Source of the DNA: Candidatus Cloacimonadales bacterium
GTDB taxonomy: Bacteria > Cloacimonadota > Cloacimonadia > Cloacimonadales > DAONDQ01
NCBI GenBank assembly: GCA_963662275.1
Contig: OY759316.1
Location: 3,104,001-3,168,000 of the forward strand
Direction of reading: 5' to 3'
DNA length: 64,000 bases
Both the position numbers and the translations under genes were made by a program. Below are positions 1-9,174 of this stretch, in pieces (within the stretch, counting starts at the first letter, position 1; every line of letters begins with the position of its first letter). Below the pieces are notes generated by a model. That model was given only the letters and a program-made list of their open reading frames with translations, did no database searches and was not told the origin of the DNA.

Positions 1-1079
1 CCATAATGAAGATGAAAATCGACAAAAGACTCTGTGCTATTTCTGGTAAGTCTGGCTTGTTTCGCACAGTGACAGAGATCTTCAGCTAATTTATATGCCT
101 GGTAAAAAGGAAACTTGGTTTTTACAAAAGCAATCCCAGCACAACAAGATATTTTATCTTTTTCAGATAAGTGACTACCTTCATTAGCCTCCTTAGTAAA
201 TTCATTAATAAAATCTTTTGTTAGCGATATTGCTAATCGACCTTCACACACAAATGTGATATCATCTCCACCACAAATGATAGGTCTAAAAGGTAAAAGA
301 TTCGGTTTGAATAGTCTGATATATGAACTATACTGGATTAAATTCTTTACCATCTTTTTTGTTGATACCTGAACAGCGTTTTTTAGCAGAAAAGATAAAT
401 CCTGTAATGATTTTAAATCCATCTGCTCTCGAATCAAATTACCAATACCATTACCGTCAATATGAACAATCGCTATATGAGAATCCGACCCTTTTTCCTG
501 TCCCATTTCTTCTAAATTCGATGCAAAATCATATTGTTTGGAATCATCGGGTATAAAAATTGAATCTTGTATTTTCTTTAAATCAGCTGCATATTGTTTA
601 AAATAAACAACTTCAGAAATTGCATTAATATTTTTTTTGTCTTTTTCTTTCAACAAGTACTCTGCAGATAAATTTGTTTTATTACATTGTGCTGTAATTC
701 CATGAGAGGGTAAGTAAGTAATGCAAAAACGAGATTGTTTTTCAATATCAAGTTTCTTATGTAGCATTTCCATACTTTTCACGAAGTTACTCTCATCAAA
801 ATTCGGTTCTATAGCAGCAGAAAAGATAATCCCTGGACAAGTTGAAACAATCTTTTTTGAAATACTTTCAATTGATGCTTTCGCTTGTTCTTCATTCTGA
901 AATTGCAGAAAGATATTTCCACCACCACAATATCCTTTTTCTTTGCACTCTGGTAAATCAGCAAGCTGATCAAAAAGATGTTCTACCAGATAGCTTGCAC
1001 CAATATTATCTTTGAGTGAATTAGATGAAAATATGTACTCTTGAATTGATCTTGTATCCATTAGAACTGCAAACGACAT
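1..1079 (-). CDS. cas10: Type III CRISPR Cas10-like large subunit without N-terminal HD domain (3' end outside window)
   Basis: Not in the ORF track because it is open at the window edge. Manual translation from ATG at 1079 (SD CAGGAGG) gives MSFAVLMDTRSIQEYIF..., GYCGGGN, SHIAIVHIDGNGIG and in-frame RPIICGGDDITF (Palm2 GGDD). Adjacent to a CRISPR array. Confidence 0.88.
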   Translation of the reverse strand, partial: MSFAVLMDTRSIQEYIFSSNSLKDNIGASYLVEHLFDQLADLPECKEKGYCGGGNIFLQFQNEEQAKASIESISKKIVSTCPGIIFSAAIEPNFDESNFVKSMEMLHKKLDIEKQSRFCITYLPSHGITAQCNKTNLSAEYLLKEKDKKNINAISEVVYFKQYAADLKKIQDSIFIPDDSKQYDFASNLEEMGQEKGSDSHIAIVHIDGNGIGNLIREQMDLKSLQDLSFLLKNAVQVSTKKMVKNLIQYSSYIRLFKPNLLPFRPIICGGDDITFVCEGRLAISLTKDFINEFTKEANEGSHLSEKDKISCCAGIAFVKTKFPFYQAYKLAEDLCHCAKQARLTRNSTESFVDFHLHY

Positions 1080-1154
1080 AAACCCTCCTGTTACGAATTA
1101 ATATTCATGACTAAGGAATATGAACTATGTATTCTTCATTATTTATTAAAACAT

Positions 1155-1183
1155 AAAATATAAAATGATAATTTGTGTGTCAA
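1155..1183 (-). promoter_or_regulatory. Putative sigma70 promoter for the cas operon
   Basis: TTGACA-17nt-TATTTT on the minus strand ~75 nt upstream of the cas10 start. Confidence 0.5.
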
Positions 1184-1551
1184 TAGATATTTTTGTATAT
1201 TAGTAAATTTCTCAATAATTAAATAGGAATCAAATTACAATCTCAAATTTCCTCTATAATTTCCTATTCAAAACTCAAGAAGCTTTCGTTGAAGATCTGT
1301 CCCATTTTCCTTCTTCATCTGATCCTATTCCCTATTCTCTTCTGCAACATCTGAACCTGTAAGCTGTTACCTTCTGCAACATTCTTCTCGAGAAGTCACA
1401 CTTCATTCAACTAAAAGCTAAAAACTAATAACTAAAATTTACCAGATTCTTCTCTCTTCATCTGAACCTATTCCCTATTAGCTATTCCCTACTCCCTTCT
1501 GCAATATCTGAACCTGTAAGCTGTTACCTGTCACCTGTCACCTTCTGCATC

Positions 1552-1648
1552 ATTCTTACCGGTAAGTCATGTTTTTCAAGAGAAATTCGGGTGAGGATAC
1601 TACACAGAATCTATCCTAAGGAGTCTCAATTCTTACCGGTAAGTCATG
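1552..1648 (-). CRISPR. Single-spacer mini-array A (truncated repeat, 42-nt spacer, truncated repeat)
   Basis: ATTCTTACCGGTAAGTCATGTTTTTCAAG at 1552-1580, spacer 1581-1622, GTCTCAATTCTTACCGGTAAGTCATG at 1623-1648. Confidence 0.85.
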
Positions 1649-1998
1649 CTCAAATACATTGAAGATTTAAGAATTAAGATTGAAGATTTGTCAAACTCTT
1701 CTTTCTTTATCTGAACTACAACCTACTAGCAACAACCTTCTGAAATAACGGTAAGTCATGGCAGTTAGAGGTTAGATTCTAGAGACTAGAGGCTTTCTCA
1801 GAATATCTCATCTACAGATTTTCTGCTATTCGATAACTTCCTGTCAATCTCAAAGTGCATCGCTTTAAAAGCGAACTATCCACCTCTTGAAAAGAGGCGT
1901 TGCTCTGCTCTGAGCTATTCCCTATTAGCTAATCCCTATTCCCTTCTGCAACATCTGAACCTGTAAGCTGTTCCCTGTACGCTGTCACCTTCTGCAAC

Positions 1999-2091
1999 AT
2001 TCTTCTCGAGAAGTCATGTTTTTCAAGACGGTATTCAGTTCTCGAGCACTATTCCAGAGGCTCAAGTCTCAATTCTTCTCGAGAAGTCATG
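1999..2091 (-). CRISPR. Single-spacer mini-array B with variant repeat (core CTTCTCGAGAAG)
   Basis: ATTCTTCTCGAGAAGTCATGTTTTTCAAG at 1999-2027, spacer 2028-2065 (38 nt), GTCTCAATTCTTCTCGAGAAGTCATG at 2066-2091. A further variant core lies at 1381-1398. Confidence 0.85.
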
Positions 2092-2243
2092 CTCAAATAC
2101 ATTGAAGATTTAAGAGTTAAGATTGAAGATTTAGCAAACTCTTCTCTCTTCATCTGAAGCTATTCCCTACTAGCTATTCCCTATTCCCTTCTGCAACATC
2201 TGAACCTGTAAGCTGTTACCTGTCACCTGTCACCTTCTGCATC

Positions 2244-4073
2244 ATTCTTACCGGTAAGTCATGTTTTTCAAGGTACATTCGAGCAGGTGCAGTGTGTTCG
2301 TAAAGGTCTCAATTCTTACCGGTAAGTCATGTTTTTCAAGATGAACAGCTTTATACACTTGAAGAGATTCCATTTCCAAAGGTCTCAATTCTTACCGGTA
2401 AGTCATGTTTTTCAAGTCATCCCTGGTTCTGGGTGGTTTCAAACGTTCGAGGGAATAACGTCTCAATTCTTACCGGTAAGTCATGTTTTTCAAGTCTTCT
2501 TAGAAGACCTATATCCGCTCGACAAAGTCTCAATTCTTACCGGTAAGTCATGTTTTTCAAGATGTTATTGATTATCTTTCAGAAAAAGATTTGTGTCTCA
2601 ATTCTTACCGGTAAGTCATGTTTTTCAAGTTTAGAAATATTTATAACTGCGCAATGAGATTGCAAATGTCTCAATTCTTACCGGTAAGTCATGTTTTTCA
2701 AGTAGATACCAGGACTCTCCCAAGGTCTTGTTGGGTGATGTCTCAATTCTTACCGGTAAGTCATGTTTTTCAAGAGATGCGTAATAAGGACGCAAACTTA
2801 TGCCAAATCTTTCGGTCTCAATTCTTACCGGTAAGTCATGTTTTTCAAGCATCAAATTCAACCGACAAAGAAATTAAACCTTTTGTCTCAATTCTTACCG
2901 GTAAGTCATGTTTTTCAAGAACTATGATTAATAATCAGAATGGGCACACCAACAGTCTCAATTCTTACCGGTAAGTCATGTTTTTCAAGATGCTAAAATT
3001 TCTGCAGGAATACCAGAGTTCCCAGATGGTCTCAATTCTTACCGGTAAGTCATGTTTTTCAAGATTTAGAGTGAGTGATCGTGCTAAGAGTGTGTCTCAA
3101 TTCTTACCGGTAAGTCATGTTTTTCAAGACAATGCTCCATCAGTAGAATTCGGAGAGTTTCTTGAAAGTCTCAATTCTTACCGGTAAGTCATGTTTTTCA
3201 AGAAGTAGGAGGAATAAATGAAAACCAAACAGAAAAAAGTCTCAATTCTTACCGGTAAGTCATGTTTTTCAAGACTCAAATCGAAAAATTACTTGTCGCC
3301 TAGCGACCCCACAAGTCTCAATTCTTACCGGTAAGTCATGTTTTTCAAGAGAAATGAAGAAATGAAGTACACCAGAAAAGGAAACAGTCTCAATTCTTAC
3401 CGGTAAGTCATGTTTTTCAAGAAGAGTAAGGCTGTTATCGGGATTGAAAGTCATAAGTCTCAATTCTTACCGGTAAGTCATGTTTTTCAAGTAGAAGAGT
3501 GTGATGATTTAGAAAATCTATCAAAAGTCTCAATTCTTACCGGTAAGTCATGTTTTTCAAGAAAAGACTGGAATGAACTACAACAGATTGTTACAGAGTC
3601 TCAATTCTTACCGGTAAGTCATGTTTTTCAAGGTTGACGATGAAAAAGAATAATCTTTAATCGGCTATATTGTCTCAATTCTTACCGGTAAGTCATGTTT
3701 TTCAAGAAGGTCATAATTTTAATGCTTCTTACATCTATTATTTCTGTGTCTCAATTCTTACCGGTAAGTCATGTTTTTCAAGACCGTCAAGTTATATGAA
3801 TAAGGTTAGACAAGTAATTGGTGTCTCAATTCTTACCGGTAAGTCATGTTTTTCAAGCAATGGAAATTGCGAAGACAGTGAATATGAATTGGAAGGTCTC
3901 AATTCTTACCGGTAAGTCATGTTTTTCAAGTATAACAATTAAATCATAATCTCTTGACGAAAAGTCTCAATTCTTACCGGTAAGTCATGTTTTTCAAGGT
4001 GATGGAAAGGTTTATGGATCTCTAACATCTAAAAGAACGTCTCAATTCTTACCGGTAAGTCATGTTTTTCAAG
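2244..4073 (-). CRISPR. CRISPR array: 25 identical 35-bp repeats plus 1 truncated trailer repeat, 25 spacers of 30-43 nt
   Basis: Repeat on + is GTCTCAATTCTTACCGGTAAGTCATGTTTTTCAAG. On - it ends ATTGAGAC, a typical 8-nt 5' tag. The degenerate repeat is at the left end and the leader at the right, so transcription is on the minus strand. Confidence 0.98.
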
Positions 4074-4245
4074 ATAGGTATGCTGGGATATAGATTTGAT
4101 GCGGGTAAAAATACGTGTTTTCGGCTACCTCATCAAAAATGGGTGGTTTTATGACGCTGAAGGGGGAGGTTGCAGAAAATATAGATAACTTATTATGATG
4201 TATGCAGTTATGTTTCAACATATGCTAACCTCCTACATTATAGAC
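4074..4245 (-). promoter_or_regulatory. CRISPR leader
   Basis: Non-coding region next to the intact terminal repeat, opposite the degenerate end. Confidence 0.65.
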
Positions 4246-4247
4246 AG

Positions 4248-4415
4248 TTATGCGATAATCACGAATTCACTGTGCGCATTCATCGCTACCGTTTTTCACT
4301 GCAGCCTCGGCATAAATGGAAAACATGGATGATGCCATTCCCTTCATTCAGCTTTTCCAGATTCCTGAGTAATTTCTTATATCCCCACGCATCGATGTCA
4401 ACAAAAAAGATGCAA
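4248..4415 (-). pseudogene. Possible cas2 C-terminal remnant
   Basis: Minus strand reads CIFFVDIDAWGYKKLLRNLEKLNEGNGIIHVFHLCRGCSEKR*, resembling Cas2 C-termini (..I.I.PLCxxC). No start codon or N-terminal YDI motif found. Lies next to the leader. Confidence 0.4.
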
Positions 4416-4733
4416 GGTTCGAGGTACTGGGTCAGGATGAATTCAGAAGAGAATCAAACTCTCCTGGCTATACTTTGGTCAGATAAGTAACCTCCCTTTG
4501 CCCAAAAGGAGGTAAGAGACAGCATACAAAGCAAAATGCAGAAGCTGACTTCTAGCAGCATACTGTTGACAGTAATGAGTAAATGAGAGAAGATAGTAAG
4601 AACGGCGTCTTACTTTACTCGATGTGGTGAACCTGGCAGATTCCTTGGTTTTCAGGTTCATTGACCATGCTAAAAAGAGACGGCATCCCAGCTTTATATT
4701 AACTTAACTGATAACGAGTTTTCGCTACCGACG

Positions 4734-4901
4734 ATGAAAGCTGAGTTCTCCGAGTGAACAGATGGTCATTGAGCGAAGTCGAAATGCATCTATTTGTATC
4801 GAGGAGACGACATTGCATAACCTTACAGGGTCACATTGGGTCATTTCGATACAATTTCTCCTTCGTCGAAATCACTCAATGAACCGGCTCTCAGCTTTCA
4901 T
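4734..4901. repeat. REP/MITE-like element, copy 1
   Basis: Terminal inverted repeats ATGAAAGCTGAG...CTCAGCTTTCAT. Near-identical copy at 51890-52035. Confidence 0.8.
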
Positions 4902-5177
4902 ATCAAGTACAAAAAAAGAGCAAACTTGAGGTTAAAAAGTTGCCCTCCGAATCCCAAGAAAGTTTTGTGGGGTTCTGATAATAATTTTTGCCGTTTTAGA
5001 AATAAAAGGTACAAAAGAAAAAAAGAACTATCTTATCTAAAAGAAAAACCCGGCGGTGGTAAGACCGCCAGGAAAAGCCATTCTTCTTCTTTGCATCAAG
5101 CAAGAAAATTGCTTGTGGAGCACAAAGAGGATTACCCATAAATATAACTGGCTTTTTGATGTAATTTTGCCCTCCAG

Positions 5178-5291
5178 TTATATTTCAGGATAAAATATGG
5201 GTGTAGAGTTATTATTCGTATGAGAATTTGACCGATTAGATTGAACCATCGTTTGAAATGATCTAGCTTGTACTGAAGCACTTTTCTTCAT
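5178..5291 (-). CDS. Putative 37-aa small protein
   Basis: GGAGG SD 4 nt before ATG; MKKSASVQARSFQTMVQSNRSNSHTNNNSTPIFYPEI*. An inverted repeat (AAATATAACTGG/CCAGTTATATTT) overlaps the stop. Confidence 0.3.
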   Translation of the reverse strand: MKKSASVQARSFQTMVQSNRSNSHTNNNSTPIFYPEI

Positions 5292-5569
5292 AGAACCTCC
5301 GCACAAAAGACGAATAATGATATTGCTTCTTTTATTTTCATACTAGACCATATCCCCATATTATCTAATATCAATAAAAAGCAAACCAAAATCTTCTTTC
5401 GGGTATCGCGCTATTAATTTTTGTGCTCTCTAGACCTTATGTTGAATAGATATTGTAATGTCATTAATATGACAAGTTATTTTTTTATGAAAGTAGTATT
5501 TTTCTTGAAACTTGCTATTGACAGATAAGAATTCCTTATCCTATAGGTAAATTGAAAAAGGAATTTTAT

Positions 5570-6247
5570 ATGAATAGAGACAGCAAGAAACCAGTAAGTT
5601 TTTTAGAAAAAGTTCCCCTCTCACCAAAACAGAGTATGGGTGAAGAGATAGCGAATGCAATAACACATGGAATTGGTGTTGGGCTGAGTATTGCAGCCCT
5701 GGTTCTCCTGGTAATATATGCCAACAGGCAAGATGATACTTGGAAAGTGGTTAGCTTCAGTATCTACGGTGCTATGATGATTCTGTTATATATCATATCT
5801 ACACTTTATCATAGTTTACAAAATCAGACGGTCAAGCGTTTATTCCGTATCCTGGATCATTCCTCAATTTTTTTACTCATCGCCGGAACCTATACTCCGA
5901 TCACGCTTATTATGAGAGGGGGTTGGGGATGGTCTATTTTTGGCGTTATTTGGGGATTAACAATCCTGGGCATTTTCATGAAGATATTTTTTTTGGGTAA
6001 GATGAAACTAATCTCACCGATTATTTATGTTGCTATGAGCTGTATTGTCATTTTAGCAATCAAACCCGTTTTAACCCATGTTCCTCATGCTGTTATCTTA
6101 TGGATATTGATTGGTGGTGGATTTTATATCTTAGGTATCTTATTTTACTTGTGGAGAAAGATGCCCTATCATCATACTGTATGGCATTTATTCGTATTGG
6201 CTGGAAGCATATCCCATTTTTTTGCCATGCTGCAGTATGTGAGATAG
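5570..6247 (+). CDS. Hemolysin III / PAQR (TrhA-like) membrane protein
   Basis: EEIANAITHG, STLYHS, DHSSIFLLIAGTYTP and HTVWHLFV motifs; multiple TM helices. Confidence 0.93.
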   Translation: MNRDSKKPVSFLEKVPLSPKQSMGEEIANAITHGIGVGLSIAALVLLVIYANRQDDTWKVVSFSIYGAMMILLYIISTLYHSLQNQTVKRLFRILDHSSIFLLIAGTYTPITLIMRGGWGWSIFGVIWGLTILGIFMKIFFLGKMKLISPIIYVAMSCIVILAIKPVLTHVPHAVILWILIGGGFYILGILFYLWRKMPYHHTVWHLFVLAGSISHFFAMLQYVR

Positions 6248-6291
6248 TTCATCTCATACAAGTCATATCAAACAGAAAAATATAAGAAATG

Positions 6292-7608
6292 TTATTTCAC
6301 TAACATGATCTTTTTCGTTACTTGTCTATTTCCCACTTTCAATTTACATAGATACATACCACTAGATACGTTGTTGTTATTCTGATCAAGTCCATCCCAC
6401 GTACTTTGATGCTGTCCCAATTGTTGATATTCATTTGCCAGGGTTCTGACTTTTTCTCCTCTAACATTATAGATCTCGAGTTCAACTTTTTGAACATCTG
6501 AAAGATCATATTTCAACGTTATTGATGGATTGAAAGGATTCGGGTAACATGTAATATTGAGTGATAAATCGGGTACAGAGACGTTTGGATCATTTGGTTC
6601 AATAGCGACAAAATTATCCTGTTTGATTAATCCCATAGTTGTACCTACCCATCTCACATCTGCATTATCAACCGCAAGAGCTGTGATTTCGTTGGTCAGG
6701 AAAGTGGAATCACTGAGAGTATATGCAGTCCATTGAGTACCATTTTTTTTAATCAATCCCTGGTTCGTAGTACCAAACCAAATCGCTTGAGTATTACCTT
6801 GGCTGATACAGGAAATACTTGCATTATTGGTGAATGGTGAATTCAAAGACGAATAGGAAATCCAATCTATACCATCAAACATACAAACAGCATGATTTGA
6901 AGTTCCAATCCAAAGTTCATTTTGTGCACTATAAAGCATTGATAGAGTTGCATTGATTGGTTTGTTAGTAGTCAATTGATTATAAGCAGTCCAATTTGAT
7001 CCATCATATCTTACCAAACCTGCGCTTTCTGTACCTAACCATGTACCATTAAGAAAATCGAAGACGATAGAATTTACGATACTTTGAGGTATGCCCGAAT
7101 TCAAAGTAGTATAATCAAGCCAGCCACCGTGTGAAAATTCGGATACAAGAGATGATCTGCCAACCCAAATATCTCCCTGTGTATCAGATTTAAGTGAATG
7201 TATCCCAGTAATACCCTCATACGTAATCCATTGATTACCGTCAAAAGAAACGAGATTTCCGTCACTTGATGCAATCCATACAAAGTCATCAGTATCTATC
7301 GCAACTGCTGTAACATTATTCCCACTCATGCCCGAATTTGAAGTATTATAAATTGACCATGTGTTTCCATCGTATTTTACCAATCCATTGGGAGTTCCTA
7401 TCCATTTATTGATATTTCCATCAAGCGTAATACAATTAATAATATTGCTGGGTAATGGGCTGTTGGATGTATCATAAAGCGTCAAGCTTCTAAGATTAGA
7501 AGTCCTCTCATAAGAAACAGGATAGTTTTGAGTACTTTCAGCAGCAAATACAATTTGTATAAAACAAAGAATATTTACTATTGTTAAGAATGTGATCATT
7601 ATCTTCAT
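6292..7608 (-). CDS. Secreted beta-propeller (two-component-regulator propeller repeats) with C-terminal FlgD-Ig/T9SS-like domain
   Basis: Signal peptide, repeated WIGT..GL..YDG..W..Y units, C-terminal YPNPFNP...WDG...SGMY...KKIMLVK. Confidence 0.85.
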   Translation of the reverse strand: MKIMITFLTIVNILCFIQIVFAAESTQNYPVSYERTSNLRSLTLYDTSNSPLPSNIINCITLDGNINKWIGTPNGLVKYDGNTWSIYNTSNSGMSGNNVTAVAIDTDDFVWIASSDGNLVSFDGNQWITYEGITGIHSLKSDTQGDIWVGRSSLVSEFSHGGWLDYTTLNSGIPQSIVNSIVFDFLNGTWLGTESAGLVRYDGSNWTAYNQLTTNKPINATLSMLYSAQNELWIGTSNHAVCMFDGIDWISYSSLNSPFTNNASISCISQGNTQAIWFGTTNQGLIKKNGTQWTAYTLSDSTFLTNEITALAVDNADVRWVGTTMGLIKQDNFVAIEPNDPNVSVPDLSLNITCYPNPFNPSITLKYDLSDVQKVELEIYNVRGEKVRTLANEYQQLGQHQSTWDGLDQNNNNVSSGMYLCKLKVGNRQVTKKIMLVK

Positions 7609-7686
7609 GATTTACCTCCCAAAAATTTAAATTAGAGTATTTTTTCCGAAACAGCTATGTCAAGAAAGATTCTTGTTTTTTGAACT

Positions 7687-9036
7687 TCAATGTTTTTTCT
7701 TTGTTGATATGGCATTATACAATAGCTCATTAACTTCAGAATTCATCATAATCTGATTGGGTTCGTTAAATGAATGTAATGCATTTGTAGTCCATAATAT
7801 ATGATCCCATGCTGATCTTCCGTTTTTGTCCTTTAGTTTTGCATTGGCTCCATTGGCAAGAAGGATTTTAACAACTTCCGGATTCGTGCCAAAACTTGCT
7901 GCATGCATGAGAGGGGTCCATAACTCATGATCTTTGTCATTTATTCCAGCTCCATTCTTAATCAGATAAACAACCATATCCGGATTGATGTTTCTGACAC
8001 AATACATTAAAACAGTCTCCCCCTGTTTATCAATAGCATTCACCTTCATACCAATATGAATAAGTGTTTTAAGAATTTCAGGATCGCTATTGTACTGTGA
8101 TGCGAACATGAGCGCATCCGTACCATCCTTGTTTGTCATCCTGATATCAGAACCCATCTCATAAAGAGCTAAAAGAACCTTCGGATTGGTATTTTCGCAA
8201 GCAGCTAACATAAATAACGTTTTCCCATCTGAATATCTCATATTTTTATCAGCACCACATTTAACAAACGCTCTCACTATTTCCGGATTCGAATTATACA
8301 TGGCAGCTAACATCACAGGAGTAAAACCTGTTGAGCTTTTCGAATCCATTTTCTCTCCTGCACTTATTAGTTCCCTAATAGCATCAGGATGAGAATTATG
8401 CAAGGCAGCTATCATTAATGCATCGACTTGCATTTGTTTGTTTTTGGATCCTAATTTGTATTTATAGGAAATATCAGCACCTGCTGCAATCAGTGTTGCT
8501 ATCGAAGAAGAATCCTGCATCGTTGCAGCATGAGCCAAAGCAGTCATACCATCTTTATCTCTCTCGTTTATCAAATTATCACTCTTTAGAGCAAGAATCT
8601 TTAGCATATCAGAATTTTTGTTCAAACAAGCGTTCATCAATGCCGTGCGACCTTTTTTATCAGTTGCATTCTTAAATCCTTTAGCTCTCACCAAGATTCG
8701 CAAAATGTTAGAATTTGTACCAGTTCTAGCATAAAAGATAACTGCATTTTCTCCATTTTTATCGCATATTTTTACCTTTGCTCCTAAATTTAACAACTCT
8801 TGGACAACTTCTGGAGAAGCTTCATATTTAATCGCCAGCAGCAAGGGAGTTCTCCCAAAAGCGTCCTTTTCATTGATTTTAGCACCGTTTTGTACCATAT
8901 TCCTTACTTGCAAAACAGTTAACGCTCGGAAGTCAGTGGTATCCTTAACAAAGCTGATTCCATAAATACTTTGTAGAAAAAATGAAAGAATAATGATTAG
9001 CGATATGCGAGTCATATTATACTTCATAATTTTCAT
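7687..9036 (-). CDS. Secreted ankyrin-repeat protein
   Basis: Signal peptide followed by ~11 G.TALM.AA...LI..GA ankyrin repeats. Confidence 0.9.
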   Translation of the reverse strand: MKIMKYNMTRISLIIILSFFLQSIYGISFVKDTTDFRALTVLQVRNMVQNGAKINEKDAFGRTPLLLAIKYEASPEVVQELLNLGAKVKICDKNGENAVIFYARTGTNSNILRILVRAKGFKNATDKKGRTALMNACLNKNSDMLKILALKSDNLINERDKDGMTALAHAATMQDSSSIATLIAAGADISYKYKLGSKNKQMQVDALMIAALHNSHPDAIRELISAGEKMDSKSSTGFTPVMLAAMYNSNPEIVRAFVKCGADKNMRYSDGKTLFMLAACENTNPKVLLALYEMGSDIRMTNKDGTDALMFASQYNSDPEILKTLIHIGMKVNAIDKQGETVLMYCVRNINPDMVVYLIKNGAGINDKDHELWTPLMHAASFGTNPEVVKILLANGANAKLKDKNGRSAWDHILWTTNALHSFNEPNQIMMNSEVNELLYNAISTKKKH

Positions 9037-9174
9037 GATCCCTCCCACTTCAGAATTTTGTAATATATCCGATTTTTTGTAAAGTTTTATTAGTAAAAGC
9101 TATATAATTCTTTCCAAAGAAGAGCATATTGTTGATTAGACATGATTATATATTTGTAAATTTCATCGGCTAAA

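Larger units (their letters stand above)
1316..2243. repeat. Duplicated heptamer-cassette blocks interleaved with CRISPR repeat fragments
   Basis: Blocks of the form ATCTGAA-(CTATTCC)n-CTTCTGCA-ATCTGAA-(CTGTNAC)n-CTTCTGCA at ~1316, 1458, 1911 and 2150. The linker CTCAAATACATTGAAGATTTAAGA... occurs at 1649 and 2092. Confidence 0.85.

Noticed and set aside
323..556. 77-aa plus-strand ORF
   Set aside because: Antisense shadow of cas10
2329..3915. Short ORFs with repeated SQFLPVSHVFQ or LEKHDLPVRIET
   Set aside because: Translations of CRISPR repeats, not proteins
1581..4038. Self-targeting spacers within the window
   Set aside because: No match noticed by eye; this was not an exhaustive alignment, so it remains untested
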